From Neoechinorhynchus agilis (lineage: Eukaryota; Animalia; Acanthocephala), in NCBI GenBank assembly GCA_051530055.1, contig CM121341.1, positions 19,136,784 through 19,169,783 of the forward strand: DNA of 33,000 nucleotides, read 5' to 3'. Of the stretch, positions 22,986 to 33,000 are shown one piece after another. A model generated the notes under the pieces. That model saw only the letters and a list, made by a program, of their open reading frames with translations, ran no database searches and had not been told where the DNA came from. The number at the start of each line of letters is the position of its first letter. The stretch's first letter is position 1. The position numbers and the translations under genes were made by a program.

Positions 22986-24585
22986 AAAAGTTAAAAAAAA
23001 TCCTCTGTTTGTCAGAGACATGTTTGATTGGACTAAAAACTGAACCTTAGGTTTGTCTGTAAGACAATAGGGATTCTCGGTGTGATACAAAGAGCGCGTT
23101 CTTTGTAGAAAATTCATAATTAGTTTCGGAAATGACATTCAACTATGCCACAATGTCTGACACTCATCAATACCATCGCACAAAAAGGTTCCACAAATAC
23201 TACGACCGTGTTGTTTCTCCAGGGAAAGGGAAAGCTAAGAAATAAACAGTCGCCAATAAACGATTGATTTTGTCGTAACAAACCATATTCGTAATAAAAT
23301 TAACCGTGAGATTCGGGTCAAATTTCGAGGATGGCGCAAATGCAATAAGAGTAATGTAATAGTTATTTTAATTGGAATTATTGTTTAGAAGTCTACACCC
23401 GCGATAAATGATTATTTCGATTAAAGACGTTCTGTGAACCTCGTCGGGTTAATCATCTTCGCGAAATAATTACTCATTCACTTGTATTTTAGAACTGATG
23501 ATGAACACGACACAAGGTTCGCAGAACAAGGTTTTCCTTGCCTCTTCAGTCGCAATCTAAAATGGAAATCGACCCATCAAATAAATAAATGAGTAACAAC
23601 ACCGGGGACAGGATTCGCTAACGTACAATCAAATTTACCCCGAGGACAATGATATATGAAATTCTTTAATCATATACTCCTCGGTACCTCACATATCGAC
23701 AGTTATTTTAATTGTTTTTCTTGCGCGAGCGATCACTAACAACCAATTTTCCAGATTGACGGTAACTATTTTTAGAACAAAAACATCTATAGGTCTTTTT
23801 GAAAACCGGACTTTTTCGTCGGCGACCTTCAAATCATGACAATGAATGTGAAACTTTAACGGAACATACTTTGAAAACTCGCAACGTAGCACTATTCGAA
23901 GCCTAACGAGACTAAATAGCAAAGGCCAAATGAGTGATATCTAAGTGTTTTTGTGCAAACATTCCAAGGCAGAGATAAAGTTTTACCAACGGTGGGTTTT
24001 TCCATTGTTCCTTCTTGTGAGCAGTGTACGTTTTGCATAATAAGCCTGAGAAATCGTCGTTACCATCATTGCCAGTTATTCTCGTTTGTGCAAACAGAAC
24101 GCAAAGAACAACACATAAAAAACCGCTTAGATAATCGCGTCTTTAGATTGTGCTTTGAAATACGCAAAGCTTTTTACAATTACTTTCTTACTAAAGCCGC
24201 ATATTTAAAAATAAATTCCCATTTACATGTCCAATTCGTCTCTGTTCGCAAATTTCAAAATACTCGGAAGAGTTTTTTCTTCATATTCTTTTTGCCTCGA
24301 CGAGTACGACAATAATCGAATTGTGTGCGCATGCCGTTACGAAATGCGTCTGCTTCGAGTTTCACACGGATGAGAACATTTTTTTGGGCCGTCGTATTTC
24401 TCTGCCTAGCGATTCAGAGCAATGACCGTTTTTGCTAGAAAAAAAGATGTTGCGGTAATCCATTCGTTTTTTTCGTGTGATTCACTAAGAAAAAATCCTT
24501 ACGGTGAATGCAATGAGGTAGAAGCTCTGTGAAGCTGTTCAACTTTGGTTGATTTCCTTCAAATCAAAACCCCGATTAGTTTTAG

Positions 24586-25353
<768 letters not shown>

Positions 25354-25659
25354 TCCAATCACAAGGCTTTCGCAATAAAAAACAAAAGCAAAACGTCTTA
25401 CAAGTCATAATTCAGCTTCAGGCGAGCGCGTGACACTCAAAACCCATTTTTTCATAAAAACTTTCCCTTTTCCGCGAAAGCAAACCCATATAGAAAATCT
25501 AAACGTTACACTGAACAATTTCAATCGTAAATTCAGACGAAAATGCCGAGCGAACAAAATTCTTAATCACACGCTATTTGCAATCGAATCAGCCGAAACA
25601 CAGAACTATGTTCTATGACTATAGAAGCGTCCCAAACATTCAAAAAGAGCTCGCGACTT

Positions 25660-26108
25660 TTACAAATCCCAATGATCCGTAACGAACCCTTTACCGTTCC
25701 ATAGGGTCTTCCGATTGCCGATTGCTTTGCAATATGCTCCACACACTTCGCACTTTTGTCTCACCGTTTTTCCTTCCGGATCGATGGTTGAAGATGTAAG
25801 CGTAGGAATCAAGAGATTGTCGCATCTTTTGCATATCGATCGCTTGATTTCCGGATGACTAGACAGTACGATCAAAGAAAAACTTTGGAATTGAAAAAGA
25901 CAAATAAACGAACAGCCTTAGCTGTGAGGAATTTACAAGTTTTCTAGCCGATTTAATCATCGATTGACTCATTTGAGGATCCTCGATCTTCCAGTATCCC
26001 AAAGATGCAGCCTAATTGAAAGTTCAAATGACAAATTGGTCTTTAAAAACGAACTTGTAGGAGGAAATTAACGCGTTTGGCTGACTTCATCTTCTTTTGT
26101 TTGCCCAT
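25660..26108 (-). CDS. RPP21: RNase P subunit Rpp21/Rpr2
   Basis: Exons 26108-26055, 26011-25914, 25858-25660; both introns (43 and 55 nt) start GTTCGT. Protein has RVNFLLQAA, LRLHPEIKRSICKRC and CEVC (two CxxC zinc ligands). Confidence 0.9.
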
Positions 26109-26250
26109 CTGAACAGTCAAGATAGTGAGAAAGTTCAATTAAAGATAGTTTTAAATTTGACTATGAACATGTCTTCTCGCGCAAAGTAGCTAGGTCGATC
26201 CCCGATGAGATTCAAGGAATTATGGGTTTTTTTGTCAATAAAATTGTTAG

Positions 26251-26577
26251 ATTGTTGTTTAGGTCGCTTGTCTACACCCGACGGAGATCGCATTGAAGTC
26301 GAAAGCATATATTTCGACTGATTGTATCAGTCATTTTATCAATTAAATCTAAAAAATTTCATGGGAATTTGCCACAAACAAACGACACTTGGGAACACTC
26401 AGTCGTCAACTCCGTAGGCGAAGACCAACCAACAATCATGTCGTGTGTTTGTGACGAATCCCTCTGTAATTTTAGATTCAATTGATAAAATGACTGATAC
26501 AATCAGTCGAAATATATGCTTTCGGCTTCAATGCGATCTCTCTCGCTCAAGTGTCGACAAGCGACCTAAACAACAAT
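26251..26577. repeat. Foldback element 3 (arms ~137-139 bp, 51-nt spacer)
   Basis: 26251-26387 versus the reverse complement of 26439-26577. The core GAAAGCATATATTTCGACTGATTGTATCAGTCATTTTATCAATT is identical in both arms. Confidence 0.95.
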
Positions 26578-27119
26578 ATTTAGAACCACCCGAACGCAAT
26601 CCTCGATAAAATTGTGTCAATCTTTAGAGTTTGCAAGATCAATGTAAATTAAGTTACCTGGATGCGTCTGATTTCTTGGGCACACAATAAAAACAGATCT
26701 CTTAAATCATGGAAGTAAATGCGATCACTTAACACACTGAACCGCACGCGGTTATGAGTTTTGTAGTCAACACTCTGGATCCTCAGATACCTCTCGGTGA
26801 GAAGGGACCAGTCAGTGAGTTTCGCCCCTTCGTTTCCATGATTTAAATCGGTAGAATATGTGCAAAACAATTCCACCGTACGCGCACAAAATAATTTACG
26901 CTGATAAATGCGACCGAATGGGCCACCCACACGCTAAAGTTCGATAGATACCCCATAAAAACTTAATAGAACACGCACGTCCAAACATTGACCGTAGATG
27001 CATAAAAAAGCGCCCCTGAAAGAAAAAGGAACCCTAGGCAAAAATCACAACATGAATCAATAATAGGTTCTTTCGCGCCAGTTAAAAATATCGTTCACAA
27101 AATCAATTATAATCGCCCA

Positions 27120-30100
27120 TATAAAAACCTTCGAGGGTATTCAATTAGAATTATGGAAACTCCCGTAAGCATTTTACTGCTGAAATGAGGGTGAGGATCC
27201 GAAGGGATGCGTACAAACTCATAACCGTATGGTTCAGGGTATTAAGTTATTCTATTACTTCTCGGTTGTAAGAGATCGATGTGGCTTCATGCCGTTGCCT
27301 TATGTCAAAAGCCAAGGATGGGATTAATAACCTGAATCAAAAAGACCTGGCTTGAAAGTAACATTTAAGAATTAAAAAACACTCACCCCGAGGTACAAAT
27401 ATTGGCAGAGTTCTGACATTCTGTAGTTGTGTCGAAGTGATCTAGTGAATTTGAGCACAAAATTCCTGTTTAAATGGGTCAAAGGGTTCAAAATCCATTA
27501 TCGCTGATGGCTCATAACGAAAGGGGACGAAATACCGCTGATGGGAAGAAACTTATTGACGATTCCCTAATTCTCGGAAGTTTTATGAGGATCCGAAGGG
27601 ATGCGTACAAACTCATAACCGTATGGTTAACACTTTTAGGTGATTCTATTACTTCTCGGTTGTAAGAGATCGATGTGGCTTCATGCCGTTGCCTTATGGC
27701 AAAAGCCAAGGATGGGATTAATAACCTGAATAAAAAAGACCTGGCTTGAAAGTAACATTTAAGAATTAAAAAACACTCACCCCGAGGTACAAATATTGGC
27801 AGAGTTCTGACATTCTGTAGTTGTGTCGAGGTGGTCTAGTGAATTTGAGCACCAAATTCCTGTTTAAGTGGGTCAAAGGGTTCAAAATCCATTATCGCTG
27901 ATGGCTCATAACGAAAGGGGACGAAATACCGCTGATGGGAAGAAACTTATTGACGATTCCCTAATTCTCGGAAGTAATATGAGGATCCGAAGGGATGCGT
28001 ACAAACTCATAGCCGTATGGTTCAGGTATTAAGTGATTCTATTACTTCTCTGTTGTAAGAGATCGGTGTGGCTTCATGCCGTTGCCTTATGGCAAAAGCC
28101 AAGGATGGGATTAATAACCTGAATCAAAAAGACGTGGCTTGAAAGTAACATTAAAGAATTTAAAAACACTCACCCCGAGGTACAAATATTGGCAGATTTC
28201 TGACATTTTGTAGTTGTGTCGAGGTGGTCTAGTGAATTTGAGCACCAAATTCCTGTTTAAGTGGGTCAAAGGGTTCAAAATCCATTATCGCTGATGGCTC
28301 ATAACGAAAGGGGACGAAATACCGCTGATGGGAAGAAACTTATTGACGATTCCCTAATTCTCGGAAGTTATATGAGGATCCGAAGGGATGCGTACAAACT
28401 CATAACCGTATGGTTCAGGTATTAAGTGATTCTATTACTTCTCTGTTGTAAGAGATCGGTGTGGCTTCATGCCGTTGCCTTATGGCAAAAGCCAAGGATG
28501 GGATTAATAACCTGAATCAAAAAGACCTGGCTTGAAAGTAACATTAAAGAATTAAAAAACACTCACCCCGAGGTACAAATATTGGCAGAGTTCTGACATT
28601 CTGTAGTTGTGTCGAGGTGGTCTAGTTAATTTGAGCACCACATTCCTGTTTAAGTGGGTCAAAGGGTTCAAAATCCATTATCGCTGATGGCTCATAACGA
28701 AAGGGGACGAAATACCGCTGATGGGAAGAAACTTATTGACGATTCCCTAATTCTCGGAAGTTATATGAGGATCCGAAGGGATGCGTACAAACTCATAACC
28801 GTATGGTTAACACTTTTAAGTGATTCTATTACTTCTCGGTTGTAAGAGATCGATGTGGCTTCATGCCGTTGCCTTATGGCAAAAGCCAAGGATGGGATTA
28901 ATAACCTGAATAAAAAAGACCTGGCTTGAAAGTAACATTTAGAAATTAAAAAACACTCACCCCGAGGTACAAATATTGGCAAAGTTCTGACATTCTGTAG
29001 TTGTGTCGAGGTGGTCTAGTTAATTTGAACACCGAATTCCTGTTTAACAGGGTCAAAGGGTTCAAAGTCCATTATCGCTGATGGCTCATAACGAAAGGGG
29101 ACGAAATACCGCTGATGGGAAGAAACTTATTGACGATTCCCTAATTCTCGGAAGTTACATGAGGATCCGAAGGGATGCGTACAAACTCATAACCGTATGG
29201 TTCAGGGTATTAAGTGATTCTATTACTTCTCTGTTGTAAGAGATCGGTGTGGCTTCATGCCGTTGCCTTATGTCAAAAGCCAAGGATGGGATTAATAACC
29301 TGAATCAAAAAGACCTGGCTTGAAAGTAACATTTAGAAATTAAAAAACACTCACCCCGAGGTACAAATATTGGAAACTTTTGACATTTTGTAGCTGTCTC
29401 GCGGTGGTCTAGTGAATTGAGCACAAAATTCCTGTTTAAAGAGGTCAAAGGGTTCAAAATCCATTATCGCTGATGGCTCATAATGAAAGGGGACGAAATA
29501 CCGCTGATGGGCAGAAACTTATTTACGATTCCCTGATTCTCGGAAGTTATATGAGGATCCGAAGTGATGGGTACAAATTCATAACCATATGTTCAGGGTA
29601 TTAAGTTTTTCTTTTACTTCTCTGTTGTAAGAGATCGATGTGGCTTCATGCCGTTACCTTATGGCAAAAGCCAAGGATGGGATTAATAACCTGAATCAAA
29701 AAGACGTGGCTTGAAAGTAACATTTAAGAATTTAAATAAACTCACCCCGAAGTACAAATATTGGCAGAGTTCTGACATTCTGTAGTTGTGTGGAGGTGGT
29801 CTAGTGAATTTGAGCACCGAATTCCTGTTTAAGTGGGTCAAAGGGTTCAAAATCCATTATCGCTGATGGCTCATAACGAAAGGGGACGAAATACCGCTGA
29901 TGGGAGGAAACTTATTGACGATTCCCAAATTCTCCGAAGGTGAATGAGGGTCCGAAGGGATGCGTACAAATTCATAACCATATGGTTCAGGGTATTAAGT
30001 TATTCTATTACTTCTCTGTTGTAAGAGATCGGTGTGGCTTCATTCCGTTGCCTTATGCCAAAAGCCAAGGATGGGATTAATAACCTGAATCAAAAAGATC

Positions 30101-32495
30101 TGGCTTGAAGGTAACATTTAAGAATTAAAAAACACTCACCCCGAGGTACAAATATTGGCAACTTTTGACATTCTGTTGTTGTGTCGAGGTGGTCTAGTAA
30201 ATTCGAACACCGAATTCGTGTTTAAGTGGGCCAAAGGGTTCAAAATCCATTATCGGTGATGGCTCATAACGAAAGGGAACGAAATACCGCTGATCGGAAG
30301 AAACTTATTGACGATTCCCCAATTCTCGGAAGTTTTATGAGGATCCGAAGGGATGCGTACAAACTCATAACCGTATGGTTCAGGGTATTATGTTATTCTA
30401 TTACTTCTCTGTTGTAAGAGATCGGTGTGGCTTCATTCCGTTGCCTTATGCCAAAAGCCAAGGATGGGATTAATAACCTGAATCAAAAAGATCTGGCTTG
30501 AAAGTAACATTTAGAAATTAAAAAACACTCACCCGGAGGTACAAGTATTGGAAACTTTTGACATTTTGTAGCTGTCTCGCGGTGGTCTAGTGAATTTGAG
30601 CACAAAATTCCTGTTTAAAGAGGTCAAAGGGTTCAAAGTCCATTATCGCTGATGGCTCATAACGAAAGGGGACGAAATACCGCTGATGGGAAGAAACTTA
30701 TTGACGATTCCCTAATTCTCGGAAGTTACATGAGGATCCGAAGAGATGCGTACAAACTCATAACCGTATGGTTAAGGCTTTTAAGTGATTCTATTACTTC
30801 TCTGTTGTAAGAGATCGGTGTGGCTTCATGCCGTTGCCTTATGTCAAAAGCCAAGGATGGGATTAATAACCTGAATCAAAAAGACGTGGCTTGAAAGTAA
30901 CATTTAAGAATTTAAATAAACTCACCCCGAAGTACAAATATTGGCAGAGTTCTGACATTCTGTAGTTGTGTGGAGGTGGTCTAGTGAATTTGAGCACCGA
31001 ATTCCTGTTTAAGTTGGTCAAAGGGTTCAAAATCCATTATCGCTGATGGCTCATAACGAAAGGGGACGAAATACCGCTGATGGGAGGAAACTTATTGACG
31101 ATTCCCAAATTCTCCGAAGGTGAGTGAGGGTCCGAAGGGATGCGTACAAATTCATAACCATATGGTTCAGGGTATTAAGTTATTCTATTACTTCTCTGTT
31201 GTAAGAGATCGGTGTGGCTTCATTCCGTTGCCTTATGCCAAAAGCCAAGGACGGGATTAATAACCTGAATCAAAAAGATCTGGCTTGAAAGTAACATTTA
31301 AGAATTAAAAAACACTCATCCCGAGGTACAAATATTGGCAAAGTTCTGACATTCTGTAGTTCTCGCGGTGGTCTAGTGAATTTGAGCACCGAATTCCTGT
31401 TTAAGTGGGTCAAAGGGTTCAAAATCCATTATCGCTGATGGCTCATAACGAAAGGGGACGAAATACCGCTGATGGGAGGAAACTTATTGACGATTCCCTT
31501 ATTCTCGGAAGGTGTATGAGGGTCCGAAGGGATGCGTACAAACTCAAAACCGTATGGTTCAGGGTATTATGTTATTCTATTACTTCTCTGTTGTAAGAGA
31601 TCGGTGTGGCTTCATGCCGTTGCCTTAGGTCAAAAGCCTGGGATGGGATTAAGAACCTGAATCAAAAAGACGTGGCTTGAAAGTAACATTTAAGAATTTA
31701 AAAAAAACTCACCCCGAGGTACAAATATTGGCACAGTTCTGGCATTCTGTAGTTGTGTCGAGGTGGTCTAGTTAATTTAAGCACCAAATTCCTGTTTAAG
31801 TGTGTCAAAGGGTTCAAAATCCATTATCGCTGATTGCTCATAACGAAAGGGGACGAAATGCCGCTGATGGGAAGAAACTTATTGACGATACCCTAATTCT
31901 CGGAAGTTATGAAATAATCTGGGTCTTTTCGTCAAGGTTTTACGGGGCCACACCATGTTCAAAGTTCGACTGAGAGTGCCACAGCTTAAGTTTGTGTTCA
32001 AAGACCAGGTAGAAATATCTATATCTTCGGTACCACTTATGTCCGGACGGTTGGAAGCGGAAGGAATGGCGTTTTCGCAGACAATGCAGCGGCGAGTTCT
32101 AGACATCAGCTCGATAAAACCTTAGAACTGCTCAACAAGCGGGACGAACTTTCTTATTCGATGTCGCTACTTTAACACACTTCACATCTCCACGCGCCGT
32201 TGTAGATTGCTGAAGAAGCTGTAAGACGGCGAAAGCTTGAAAATGGATGTTGATATGGGTTAGGCAACGCCCCAACAAGTTCTTATTAATGGAGATAGCC
32301 TCATTAAATGTTAATAAAATCAATAATTTAAATATATTGAGACAAACCCCATAATTTATTAATATCGTTCTTTAATCACGCCGCTAAAGCGCTCCAGCTT
32401 CTTCACTTGTTGCAACAATCAATCAGCGTGATAGCGACAGCCGAGGATGGAGAGAAGCTCCAATTTTTTGTGCTTTACTATTGTAAAACCTGTTA
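27120..32495 (-). pseudogene. Decayed, intron-containing CACTA/Mirage-like (CMC) DDE transposase that hosts the tandem array
   Basis: Minus-strand motifs in the expected order: (D)GFTIVKHKKLELLSILG (~32490; cf. DGLPxFKSSxxxLWPILG), VGALP (cf. CDxPA), YNGAWRCEVC (32204-32175; cf. FNGxxGCxxC), PDYF-H..LGIVNKFL (cf. DYMH...LGVxxKLL), KFTRPPR..SELCQYL (cf. EFxRxPR..WKATExRQFL), YGYEF..HPH, YP..F.YG.L (~27140). Many stops and shifts; motif comparison is from memory. Confidence 0.6.
27185..31912. repeat. Tandem array of 12 units of 392-395 bp with 3-unit higher-order structure
   Basis: The marker after TGTTTAA falls at 27476, 27870, 28263, 28656, 29050, 29442, 29835, 30228, 30621, 31015, 31407 and 31802. 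The array starts and ends at the same point of the unit. Confidence 0.98.
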
Positions 32496-33000
32496 AATTT
32501 TATTATTTAAAAAAATCAATCTTGCTACTTCTTGATTGTCCTAGACTTCATTGCAAGAGACAATCGATTCTTTGAATCCAACAATGTGCCTTAATCATGA
32601 TCAATTAAAACTTAAATAAGATAAAGTGAATGCAATTTTGTAATCTATCCGTTTTCATAACCCAAATCCTTTACGAGAAAAAATTACACAATATTTAAGC
32701 CAATCAGTGGTCACTTTTTTAAAGAAGATGAACATGTGATCGCTAAGATAACTAATAATTACTGAATGGAAATTATTAACTAGTACCACTCTGGCCAATC
32801 AGCAAACATGCTCGTAATTTTTAATACCTGAATCGTTGAAGGTAATTATGAGGTTTCTTGTGTTTTAAACGAGCCTTAAGGGTGCCTTTTCGGATCGTAA
32901 AAAAATAGATTACTTGATTATTTGGCGGAGGCATCCACATTCTATAGATCTTTCAAGATTACTAAAAGACGACCAGATGTTCCCTGTGGTTTATGTTTTA

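Noticed and set aside
23340-24360. ORFs 23689-23922 and 23953-24315 upstream of Cdc42
   Set aside because: No recognisable domain or consistent exon structure.
25905-25920. GC-AG intron in RPP21
   Set aside because: The GT three bases further in (GTTCGT, same as intron 1) is in frame and gives the family-like LRLHP.
26640-27120. GPCR-like or membrane-protein-like frames on the minus strand
   Set aside because: Two competing frames, each with stops, and no decisive motif. It may be the decayed 3' part of the transposon.
27387-27425. Dual-specificity phosphatase start (SELCQYLYLG)
   Set aside because: No downstream DSP features (no HCxxGxxR). The flanking motifs fit a CMC transposase better.
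27505-27560. Hammerhead/retrozyme in the satellite unit (CTGATGG..GGACGAAA)
   Set aside because: The core has G in place of the conserved A9, stem II does not pair, and no stem III or NUH site can be built.
27185-31912. CRISPR array, 5S rDNA or spliced-leader cluster
   Set aside because: Whole 393-bp units repeat with no unique spacers. The only 5S-like match is TCTCGGAAG, and no recognisable SL exon or Sm site is present.

Overview
Eukaryotic DNA, most likely from an invertebrate animal with a compact genome; the species cannot be determined from sequence alone. Genes are tightly packed, use the standard code and have GT-AG introns of mostly 40-65 nt. Host genes reconstructed by hand: a DNAJC4-like J-domain protein, an orphan small membrane protein, LMAN1/ERGIC-53, a DRAK/STK17 kinase, PRELID3/slowmo, a divergent intronless TFIIA-gamma, Cdc42 and RPP21, plus a decayed Vps11 copy. 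Between them are truncated non-LTR retrotransposons (RTE, CR1/L2-like, CRE), a piggyBac-type MITE and three unrelated long foldback (hairpin) elements. The last 6 kb holds a 12-copy ~393-bp tandem array with trimeric higher-order structure. Best leads: (1) a 68-nt insertion with terminal inverted repeats (TIRs) and a target-site duplication (TSD) in the kinase domain of an otherwise intact DRAK gene, which looks like a transposon becoming an intron; (2) the satellite unit is an amplified exon-plus-intron slice of a dead, spliced CACTA/Mirage-like transposase gene. Family assignments come from remembered motifs, not database searches.
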